A stretch of DNA of 39,348 bases from Armatimonadota bacterium (GTDB lineage: Bacteria; Armatimonadota; Fimbriimonadia; Fimbriimonadales; GBS-DC), in contig PSLB01000005.1 of NCBI GenBank assembly GCA_040289385.1, positions 1-39,348 on the forward strand, written 5' to 3'. The stretch's first letter is position 1; each line of letters begins with the position of its first letter. The notes under the pieces are model-generated. The model worked only from the letters and a program-made list of their open reading frames with translations. It was not told the DNA's origin and ran no database searches. The translations under genes and the position numbers were made by a program. Positions 27,390-37,684 of the stretch are shown here, piece by piece.

Positions 27390-27551
27390 GGTAGGGCAGA
27401 CCTGCGTGTATGCCCCTACCTGCCTGATGGATGTGTCTGTCCTGTGACCGATGTGCCCCCTGTTTTCTGGGTCTGGATAATGCCCCCACCCCAACCCTCC
27501 CCGTTCACGGGGAGGGAGAACCGTGTAGGGGCAGACCGATGTGTCTGTTCC
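27390..27551. repeat. Cluster of GTAG-type REP-like palindromes
   Basis: GTAGGGCAGACCTGCGTGTATGCCC (27391), GTAGGGGCAGACCGATGTGTCTGTTCC (27525), partial copies between them, and CCCTCCCCGTTCACGGGGAGGG (27495-27516). Confidence 0.65.
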
Positions 27552-27586
27552 AACAGGTTTTTTTAGCTTCTCCCCGCTTTGCCCTC

Positions 27587-27618
27587 TTGACAAGCCTCTA
27601 TGTCGGATGGGGTATAAT
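27587..27618 (+). promoter_or_regulatory. tRNA operon promoter
   Basis: TATAAT at 27613-27618 preceded by GGGG. TTGACA at 27587 has an atypically long 20-nt spacer. Confidence 0.55.
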
Positions 27619-27628
27619 CGAATCGCAC

Positions 27629-27713
27629 GCGCGGGTGGTGGAATTGGTAGACACGCATGGTTGAGGGCCATGTGGGATTACCCGTGTGGGTTCGAGTCCC
27701 ACCCCGCGCACCA
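27629..27713 (+). tRNA. tRNA-Leu(GAG)
   Basis: GCGCGGG/CCCGCGC acceptor stem, CATGG-TTGAGGG-CCATG anticodon arm, long variable arm, GGTTCGAGTCC and encoded CCA. Confidence 0.96.
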
Positions 27714-27716
27714 GTG

Positions 27717-27788
27717 GGGCGGTTAGCTCAGTGGCAGAGCGCCTCGTTCACACCGAGGAGGTCGTTGGTTCAAGTCCAACACCGCCCA
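27717..27788 (+). tRNA. tRNA-Val(CAC), CCA not encoded
   Basis: GGGCGGT/ACCGCCC acceptor stem, TAGCTCAGTGGCAGAGC D arm, CCTCG-TTCACAC-CGAGG anticodon arm and GGTTCAAGTCC. Confidence 0.96.
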
Positions 27789-27792
27789 CTCT

Positions 27793-29043
27793 CTAAGGTG
27801 TGCCCAGCCACTCGTTCACAAAGCGCGTGAGCTGGCCGTACCATCCCAGATAGATTAGTGCTAAGGCAATCCCGCCCCCCAGCAAGCCAAGCAAAACCGC
27901 CAAGCGTATAAGCCCTGCAGGAACCATGCGAAGTGCATGCTGGCTGCGTTCTTGATAGTAGTCTGCCAGCCGTTGAAGCATCTCCACCGCCTGACCTGCC
28001 TGAATGCCAGTGGTAACGAGAGCGACCTCGTCTGGGGGGAACATGCCGGAGCGTGCGAGTGCGCTATCGAGATGCTCGGCGCGCTCGCCGTGCGCCAAGT
28101 TGACCGACGCCAGACTGCCTGCAATAGCGGGATTGGGCACCGTGCGCGATGCGGTCTCCCACACCGTGGCAGGGGGCAAGCCTACCGCAGAGAGGCGTGT
28201 CAGGTGGTACAGCAACATCTGCAACGATTGCGCTCGCACCCAGTCGGCAAAGCCCCAAACCAGTGGAGTAGAAAGCTGGAACCGTCCGCGAATCGCCTCG
28301 AAACGCATCGCCAACGCCCAGAGCCCCCACGCACACAACATCCCCACCAACAGCGGCACCCCAATCCGCACAAACGCAGTCCACCAGCCCTGAAAAATCA
28401 ATCGGAGTGCCTCTCCATAAGTTTCTGTGCCTGTGAATCGTCCGAGAGCATTAATCAGCCCGAAACCGAATGGAGCCACCACAGGCAAGAGGACTATCGT
28501 TATCCACAGACAGCCCTTAGCAGGAATCGACCAGAGCTGGATCGAACGCCACTGCTCGTAGTATTGCACCAGCCGTTCGAGAGCCCCTGGAAGGTAGCCT
28601 CCCAGTTCGCCTGCGTAGAGCGTGTGGCACACGAAGGCAGGAAACAGGCGCGGATATTGCTGCATCGCCTGCGAGACGGGGACTCCTTGCGCGGCTTTTT
28701 GAGCGATCTCGTGGCACGCCTGTACCAGCTCTTTGTGAGCGATCCGATTCGCCACCTGCCGAAACGATTCCGAAAGAGGATAGCCCGCTTTCACCAGGGC
28801 GCGCAGTTGAACCAGTAGGTGCGCCATCTTTGCGGGTGGCACTGCCGAGCTTTCCCAGTCGGGTGTAGCAGATGGAGCTTGCGTTGTGGACGGTGTGGGC
28901 GCGTCTGGAATGCGGACGACCTGCTGGACCATCAACCCGTGTTGGCGTAGGGCGTTCTGCACGGCGCGTGCATCGAGCGCCTGCATCGTGCCTGTGTGAA
29001 CCTGCCCACGCGAGTCAACTGCTTGGTAGCGAAAGTTGGGCAT
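27793..29043 (-). CDS. Type II secretion F / PilC family inner-membrane platform protein
   Basis: MPNFRYQAVDSRG, LVKAGYPL, AGELGGYLPGALERL, two repeated domains and three TM helices. Confidence 0.88.
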   Translation of the reverse strand: MPNFRYQAVDSRGQVHTGTMQALDARAVQNALRQHGLMVQQVVRIPDAPTPSTTQAPSATPDWESSAVPPAKMAHLLVQLRALVKAGYPLSESFRQVANRIAHKELVQACHEIAQKAAQGVPVSQAMQQYPRLFPAFVCHTLYAGELGGYLPGALERLVQYYEQWRSIQLWSIPAKGCLWITIVLLPVVAPFGFGLINALGRFTGTETYGEALRLIFQGWWTAFVRIGVPLLVGMLCAWGLWALAMRFEAIRGRFQLSTPLVWGFADWVRAQSLQMLLYHLTRLSAVGLPPATVWETASRTVPNPAIAGSLASVNLAHGERAEHLDSALARSGMFPPDEVALVTTGIQAGQAVEMLQRLADYYQERSQHALRMVPAGLIRLAVLLGLLGGGIALALIYLGWYGQLTRFVNEWLGTP

Positions 29044-29527
29044 CGAAGCGTTTGACCTCCTGTTGTTTCAGGGTGGGGTTCTGCAGAAGCGTTTGGAGGG
29101 GCGTGCCGTCGGGGAGGATCAGGTCGGGAGTCAGCTCGGCTAAGGGGATCAGCACGAACGCACGTGTCCGCATTCGGGGATGGGGAAGGGTCAGCATAGG
29201 GGTGTCGAGGCATAGGTTCTCATAGAGGATAATATCGATGTCCAAAGTGCGTGGGAGCCAGCGTCCGGTGTTGGGGGGGCGTCCCATTTGACGCTCGATG
29301 TGCTTGACCGTCTCCAGCAGGGCGAGCGGTTCCAGAGGCGTCTCTGCCCACAGCCCCACATTCAGGTATGGGCGCGGGTCGGGCGTCTCGCCGACAGGGG
29401 CAGTCTCATAGACCGACGATACCTGAATGGGCACAATCCCGTAATGTGGCAGAAGCTGCACTCCCTCCTGCAAATGGCGCCAGCGATCCCCCAGATTGGA
29501 GCCCAAGCTCAAGTGGACCCGTACCAC
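29015..29527 (-). CDS. folK: 2-amino-4-hydroxy-6-hydroxymethyldihydropteridine diphosphokinase
   Basis: LSLGSNLGDR, SSVYETAP, PRTLDIDI and LPHPRMRTRAFVLIPL. Confidence 0.95.
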   Translation of the reverse strand: MVRVHLSLGSNLGDRWRHLQEGVQLLPHYGIVPIQVSSVYETAPVGETPDPRPYLNVGLWAETPLEPLALLETVKHIERQMGRPPNTGRWLPRTLDIDIILYENLCLDTPMLTLPHPRMRTRAFVLIPLAELTPDLILPDGTPLQTLLQNPTLKQQEVKRFDAQLSLPSS

Positions 29528-29570
29528 AAGATAGAGTATACCCCCAGCCTCCCAGCGCTCTTAGCCCGAG

Positions 29571-29616
29571 AATTCGGGAATTTGGGGGTAAATTCCCCCC
29601 CAAATTCCCCCGAATT
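29571..29616. repeat. Long imperfect inverted repeat between divergent promoters
   Basis: AATTCGGGAATTTGGGGG ... CCCCCAAATTCCCCCGAATT. Confidence 0.7.
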
Positions 29617-29628
29617 TGCCCGTAACCC

Positions 29629-29658
29629 TTGACAAATGCCCTCTCGATGTGCTATAAT
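29629..29658 (+). promoter_or_regulatory. Consensus sigma70 promoter
   Basis: TTGACA (29629-29634), 18 nt, TATAAT (29653-29658) with an extended TGn. Confidence 0.85.
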
Positions 29659-29661
29659 ATA

Positions 29662-29987
29662 GGCATCGTCGGGGCAACCCGATGGCATCGCCCGAGTGCA
29701 GTCAGGAATGCCCTGCTGTCGGGAGCCGAGCGGCGACTCGGGAGGCGCGTTGCAATCGCAACACCCTCACCCAAAGAGCCGAACGGAGCAATGCAGGAAG
29801 GTCTGCGCCCCAGTTAGACCGCCTGCAAGCGGCAGATAGGATCTGCGCTGGACAGACCGTTCTCTCATAGAGAGAAACGGACGCCTTCGGATCGGGGACA
29901 ACCTCGGTTAAGGCTCCGCAAGCGGAACCGCGCGGTCTGCACCTGCAGAGCCCAAAAAGGCTCCTGATGGAGCGCTCGGGCATTTTT
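29662..29987 (+). ncRNA. Candidate structured non-coding RNA or long leader, family not recognised
   Basis: Starts at the promoter +1 region with a GCAA-tetraloop hairpin. 10-bp and 7-bp long-range helices close several internal hairpins. Ends at ATTTTT. No convincing ORF. Confidence 0.7.
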
Positions 29988-30025
29988 CGGTTTCGGGTAT
30001 CCTTCCCCCTGTAGGAGGAGCAACG

Positions 30026-31231
30026 ATGCAAAACACACTAAAAGCACTTCGCAACGTCCAGTCAGACCGATTCTTTATCGTCTCTCTCTATTTGAGTTTG
30101 ACTCCGCAAGAGCGTGCTACACGCCCCCCGATGTACCAGACTCGCCTCAAGACGATGCAAAACCAACTGCGCCATTGGCTGGCAGACCACCCCATGGAAC
30201 CCAGCCAACGCGAATCGGTGGAGAACGATTTTAAGCGGATGATGGACTTTATCGACGAGCCGACGAACCTGTTGGGCGAGAACTCTCTGCCCGTGCGTGG
30301 GCTCGCCCTCTTCTCCTGCTCGGCGGAGGGGCTTTTCGAGGCAGTGCGCCTGCCATATGTCGAGCGCAATACACTCGTGGTAGACCGTACCCCCTATATT
30401 CGCAGACTGTTCGCAGTGGAGGCAGATTTCGGGGTTAACCTTGTGGTGGTGTTCGATCACCGAGACGTCCACTTCTATCAGATCGATATTCACGGCATTC
30501 GCGAGCTGGAGTCGTTGCGTTTGGTGCGCGATCGGGAGATCCTCCCACCAGGAGTACACGGGGTGCGTACTCCGTCGGGCATGCGCGCCCTCCACGGGAT
30601 GGGGGAACGCAATGTGCAAATGCTCAAACAGCATGAGCAACAGCAGCACCTGCGCCAGATTGCCGAGACTCTCCTACAGTTGCGCCGGGCACACCCGTAC
30701 GATCGCCTGCTGATCGCCGCCCCAGACGACTTAGCCAATGCACTCCCCAGCTATCTGCATGACTATGTGCGGCGCACTTTTGCAGGGGGTATCGCCGCCC
30801 ACGACAAGATGCCCCTTAATCTGCTGTACGAGCGTGTGTTAGACAAACTCATGGAGCTGGACCGCGAACAGGAAAATCGGCTTCTCCAAGAGTTTCGGGA
30901 GAGTATCCCGCATCTGGCACTGTCTGGAATCGAGCCCGTGCTAAAGGCTTTAGAATGGGGGAATGTGCGTGTGTTGTTGTACGACACCGATTACACCCTA
31001 CCCGGCTGTGTCTACTACCCGTCAGGTTTGCTGGGGTTACATCCCGAACATGCCCCCAAAGGCACCGAGCTGGTCTGGAGATTGCCCGACATTGTGGATA
31101 CGGTTGTGGAACGGGCTCTGGAACAAGGGGCACAGGTCGAGGCGGTGCATGCACCCTCAGCTAAATCGGAGATCCACGGTGTCAGCGCCATTCTGCGCTA
31201 CCCCATGAGCCAAACCGCAACGAGCGAATAG
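30026..31231 (+). CDS. Bacterial aeRF1-like protein (baeRF superfamily)
   Basis: VSLYL, GLALFSC, PYIRRL, DRLLIAAP, VLKALEWGNVRVLL, ERALEQGAQV and GVSAILRY, covering the three-domain eRF1/Pelota layout; AGGAGG RBS. Confidence 0.82.
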   Translation: MQNTLKALRNVQSDRFFIVSLYLSLTPQERATRPPMYQTRLKTMQNQLRHWLADHPMEPSQRESVENDFKRMMDFIDEPTNLLGENSLPVRGLALFSCSAEGLFEAVRLPYVERNTLVVDRTPYIRRLFAVEADFGVNLVVVFDHRDVHFYQIDIHGIRELESLRLVRDREILPPGVHGVRTPSGMRALHGMGERNVQMLKQHEQQQHLRQIAETLLQLRRAHPYDRLLIAAPDDLANALPSYLHDYVRRTFAGGIAAHDKMPLNLLYERVLDKLMELDREQENRLLQEFRESIPHLALSGIEPVLKALEWGNVRVLLYDTDYTLPGCVYYPSGLLGLHPEHAPKGTELVWRLPDIVDTVVERALEQGAQVEAVHAPSAKSEIHGVSAILRYPMSQTATSE

Positions 31232-31365
31232 AAAAGACTCACTGAAAGAGGTTATGATTTCCTGCGGCGCTGTTATTGGTGTAAGCCCCCCTGCTACCTG
31301 CCGAGCCGTCCACCGAAGCAGACCTGCAAAGAACAGATCACCGTCGCTGTAAGCCGTGACGTCCT

Positions 31366-31449
31366 CCCCTCAATCAATTGAGGGGCATCCTTATTCAGGA
31401 TGCACGCATGGCGGGGGTCTGTGTATCCCTCCAATGAATTGCGGGGGAT
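31366..31449. repeat. Palindromes with an AAT(G/C)AATT core
   Basis: CCCCTCAATCAATTGAGGGG (31366-31385) and ATCCCTCCAATGAATTGCGGGGGAT (31425-31449); a related copy is at 39282-39302. Confidence 0.55.
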
Positions 31450-31536
31450 TACAGCCCCCTCGCACTCCTCCGTTTTTCTAAAACCAGCCAGTTTTTCATC
31501 TGTGCCTAGGATACCTGAACAAAGTTTAAGGCGGGA

Positions 31537-31983
31537 TTAAGAAGGCTTGCGCGGGGCGATTCGACGCAGGAGCCAGAATGCCATCATCAGGATACCGCCT
31601 GTATCGATGCCTATATCCATCAAGGTTGAGGTGCGCCCTGGCACGAACGATTGCTGGAACTCATCGAGGAGCGCGCGCAAAAAGGAAGTACCAACCGCCC
31701 ACTGCAGGGCACGCACTGGCGGCATTTGGAGGCTATGGTGGAACATGCCATACCCTAAATAGGTCAAGATGGCGAACCCGCAGAAGTGCGCCCCCTTACG
31801 CACCACGAAGTTGAGTGCAGAAAGCATCTCAGGGGTGAACTGCTCGGCTAGGGCGGGGCTAATCGCCCGCAGAAGCTGGAGCAACCACGCCGAAGAGTTC
31901 TCAGAGCTACCGATTCGCGAGGAAAGGACCACATAGAGCCCAATCCATCCCAACCATGCGAATAGCCATCTCCAGCGCCTCAT
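31537..31983 (-). CDS. VanZ-family membrane protein
   Basis: VRKGAHF and DEFQQSFVPGRTSTLMDIGIDTGG; ATG 31983. Confidence 0.88.
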   Translation of the reverse strand: MRRWRWLFAWLGWIGLYVVLSSRIGSSENSSAWLLQLLRAISPALAEQFTPEMLSALNFVVRKGAHFCGFAILTYLGYGMFHHSLQMPPVRALQWAVGTSFLRALLDEFQQSFVPGRTSTLMDIGIDTGGILMMAFWLLRRIAPRKPS

Positions 31984-32801
31984 CGGATTGCACCTTGCGT
32001 ACTTGGCTTCAACAGCGCCACCCCTACAAAGATTGCCCCTGCAACCAGCGCTACCGCCGCCCCTGGCGGTATCGGCTGCCACAATGCCAGCCCAAACCCG
32101 AATAGCAGGCTAATCCCCCCAAACAGCCCGCTGAACCCCATCATCTGGCGGAAGCTCTTACTGATCGCACGCGCCCCTGCTGGCGGCAACACCAATAAGG
32201 CACTAATCGGTAAGATGCCCACCGCACGCACCCCCACCGCTACCGCGACCGCCAGCCCCACTAGAAAGAGGGTCTCAATCCACCGCACAGGCACGCCTTG
32301 CGCCTGCGCCAGCTCCCGATGGAAGCCAATCCGAATCAGCGGACGCATCAACCCCAATAGAAGTGCCCAGCCGAAACAGTCGATCCCGAACAAGCGCCAC
32401 AAATCCACAGGAGTAATCCCCAACACATCGCCAAACAACAATGCCTGAAATGCCAGCGGGGTCTCCGTTAGGCTCACCAACAGGATGCCCATCCCCGACA
32501 CCAGCGTGATCGCCACCACAAGCAAAGTGTCAGGCGGTGAGCCCGTCCTCTGCTGGAACCCAGCAATCAACAACGCAAGCAGGGGCGCCGTGAGCAGAAG
32601 GGCATCCCCTAACTGCCAGCCCAGCAGGCTCGCTATGCCAGCCCCCAGAAACGCCGAATGGGCAACTGCGTCCCCAAAGTACGCCACACGCTGACCGACC
32701 ACAAACACCCCCAGAAACGGATAGAAGGCGGTCAACAGCGCCATCGCTATCAGTGCATAGCGGACAAAATCGAACTGAAGCCATTCCCAAACCGATCCCA
32801 C
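31980..32801 (-). CDS. znuB: Zn/Mn ABC transporter permease
   Basis: GDAVAHSAFLG, LLFGDVLGI and VGILPISALLVLP. Confidence 0.85.
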   Translation of the reverse strand: MGSVWEWLQFDFVRYALIAMALLTAFYPFLGVFVVGQRVAYFGDAVAHSAFLGAGIASLLGWQLGDALLLTAPLLALLIAGFQQRTGSPPDTLLVVAITLVSGMGILLVSLTETPLAFQALLFGDVLGITPVDLWRLFGIDCFGWALLLGLMRPLIRIGFHRELAQAQGVPVRWIETLFLVGLAVAVAVGVRAVGILPISALLVLPPAGARAISKSFRQMMGFSGLFGGISLLFGFGLALWQPIPPGAAVALVAGAIFVGVALLKPSTQGAIR

Positions 32802-32808
32802 CGCCGTT

Positions 32809-33540
32809 TCACCCCTCGTGATGATGGTAGACCCCTATTGGATGCCCGTACAACTGATCCAGCACGGGCATCTGGAGCACCTCCGCAGGCGAGCCCTCGC
32901 AGATCAATCGGTGATGGATGCAGACCACCCGCGTAGCATACCGACTGACGATGCTCAGGTCGTGCGACACAATCAGCGTGCCCATCTGTCTCGTGGTGCG
33001 CAGATGCTCCACCAACTCGTAGAAGTGGAGGCGCGTGCCCACATCGATGCCGGTTGCGGGTTCATCCAAAAGTAAGAGCCGCGGCTCCTGTGCCAGCACG
33101 GCGGCAATCACCACCCGTTGCATCTCGCCACCCGATAAGGTTCGCACGGGCTTATCCAACAGGTGAACCGCATCGACGGCATGCAGAACCGCAGTCAGTT
33201 GGGCGCGCTTGCGGAACGCATCCCCCAGCATCGCGTGCAGGAGCTCGCTTACAAGTAGCGGCATCGAGCGTTCGAACTGCAGCGCCTGGGGCACATAACC
33301 GATCTGCGTTCGCTCGGTACGCGTGAGCTGATGGGGCGCCTTACCCAAGATGCGTACAGACCCCGAACGATACGGCAATAGCCCCAGCAAGACGCGCAAC
33401 AGAGTGGTCTTGCCTGCGCCGTTGGGACCAATAAGGGCCACGGTCTCCTCGGGCATCAAGCGGAGCTGAAGCCCTTCCAGAATCGGGAGTCCATCTAACT
33501 GCACCCACAGCTCCGCCACTTCAATGAGTGGGTTCATCAC
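32809..33540 (-). CDS. znuC: Zn/Mn ABC transporter ATP-binding protein
   Basis: GPNGAGKTT, IGYVPQ, LSGGEMQRV, LDEP, VSHDL and a His-rich tail. Confidence 0.87.
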   Translation of the reverse strand: MMNPLIEVAELWVQLDGLPILEGLQLRLMPEETVALIGPNGAGKTTLLRVLLGLLPYRSGSVRILGKAPHQLTRTERTQIGYVPQALQFERSMPLLVSELLHAMLGDAFRKRAQLTAVLHAVDAVHLLDKPVRTLSGGEMQRVVIAAVLAQEPRLLLLDEPATGIDVGTRLHFYELVEHLRTTRQMGTLIVSHDLSIVSRYATRVVCIHHRLICEGSPAEVLQMPVLDQLYGHPIGVYHHHEG

Positions 33541-33953
33541 TCTCCGAGAATTTGCACATAGAGGGTGCGTTGTCGGGGACGTGTATCGAAATCGACTAGC
33601 ACAATCTGTTGCCAGGTGCCGATGACCATCTGCCCGTTGACGATGGGCACGGTCAGCGAGGGACCCATCAGGGCGGCACGGATATGCGAATGTCCGTTAT
33701 CGTCCTTCCATCGGGCTTCGTGGGCATAAAACTCGTCGCGGGGCGCAATCCGTTCCATGACGCGTGCCATGTCTTGGACAAGCCCCGGCTCGTACTCTAT
33801 GGTGGTGATGCCCGCCGTCGAGCCGACCACGAACACGGTGGCGATTCCGTTCAGCACACCGCTTTCCAGGATCGCCTGCTCCACCTGACCCGTGATGTCG
33901 ACCATATCGTCGTTGCCCTGAGTGGACACCACAAACTTCGACGAGTGCACCAT
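33537..33953 (-). CDS. yjbQ: YjbQ/UPF0047 family protein
   Basis: [25 protein letters not shown] and [12 protein letters not shown]; ATG 33953. Confidence 0.9.
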   Translation of the reverse strand: MVHSSKFVVSTQGNDDMVDITGQVEQAILESGVLNGIATVFVVGSTAGITTIEYEPGLVQDMARVMERIAPRDEFYAHEARWKDDNGHSHIRAALMGPSLTVPIVNGQMVIGTWQQIVLVDFDTRPRQRTLYVQILGE

Positions 33954-33993
33954 TAGCCTTATTGTACCCGACCTAATGGGGTATACTATGCAG

Positions 33994-34092
33994 TCAAATG
34001 CGTACCGTGCCCGACGCGCTGGGGTGCTCTCGGTAGACGCGGGTGGAAAGCGCGGAAGACGGCACGGGCGGAAATCAACCCTAAGGAGGCTA
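33994..34092 (+). promoter_or_regulatory. rpsB (S2) structured 5' leader
   Basis: After TATACT (33982-33987): CCGTGCC/GGCACGG and CGCGCT/AGCGCG stems with a GGGGTGC element, upstream of AAGGAGG. Confidence 0.6.
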
Positions 34093-34095
34093 TCT

Positions 34096-34985
34096 ATGGC
34101 ACAACTAACGATGCGTGAACTGCTCGAAGCGGGCGTCCACTTCGGACATCCCACGCGCAAGTGGCACCCGAACATGAAGCGGTACATCTACGGCGCACGC
34201 AACGGGATCCATATCATCGACCTGCACAAGACCGTCGAGATGTTCGAGACGGCTCAAAAAGCGGTCAAGGAGATTGTTAATTCGGGCGGGCACATCTTAT
34301 TTGTCGGCACGAAGAAGCAGGCGCGCGATGCCATCAAAGAGGCCGCTCTGCGTAGCCGACAGTTCTACATTATCCACCGCTGGCTTGGCGGCACCCTTAC
34401 CAACTTCCGCACGATTCAGTTGCGTGTCCGACGCCTCAAAGAGCTGGAACGCATGATCCAAGATGGAGAGCTGGATCGCATCCCGAAAAAGGAGGCGGCG
34501 CGTCTGCGTAAAGCGTACGAAAAGCTGGAGCGCAACCTCGGCGGGATCAAAGAGATGCCCGGCTTGCCCGCAGCACTCTTTCTCGTCGACCTGCAAGAGG
34601 AGCATACCGCCGTCGCAGAAGCCAACCGATTGGGGATCCCCACTATCGCCGTCGTCGATACCAACTGCGACCCCGACGAGGTGGACTACCCTATCCCCGG
34701 CAACGACGATGCGATTCGCGCCATTCGGCTGATCGCCGGGCGCATCGCCGACGCAATTATAGAAGAAAAGCAATTAGAGTGGCAAGGCGCTGAAGTGTAC
34801 GAACCGATTTCCCCCATCGAAGAGGAGGCGCCGCTCTCGCCCGAACAAGTCGCAGAGTATGGCAAGATGTTCGGCGAGCAGATCGAAGAAACGCCCCTTG
34901 CCAACCCCACCCTAGAAGACCCTATGGATCGCGAATGGGAACTGATGCGCCGACACCGCTTAGAAGACTTAGAGGAGGATTACCG

Positions 34986-34989
<4 letters not shown>
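34096..34989 (+). CDS. rpsB: 30S ribosomal protein S2
   Basis: [27 protein letters not shown] and [10 protein letters not shown]. Confidence 0.98.
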
Positions 34990-37682
<2,693 letters not shown>

Positions 37683-37684
37683 CA

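Noticed and set aside
27390-27551. CRISPR array
   Set aside because: The repeats are few, degenerate and irregularly spaced, and there are no cas genes.
29662-29987. Assignment as RNase P RNA, tmRNA, SRP RNA, T-box or a known riboswitch
   Set aside because: No GAGGAAAGUCC, no tRNA-like ends, no SRP GGAAG loop, no full T-box GGUGG-ACC. Short likenesses to 6S RNA (GGGAGCC, CACCUG) are too weak to call without a covariance search.
29629-30047. Short ORFs of 60-109 aa over the candidate RNA
   Set aside because: No RBS, no recognisable motifs, and one starts inside the -35 box. The base-pairing pattern explains the region better.
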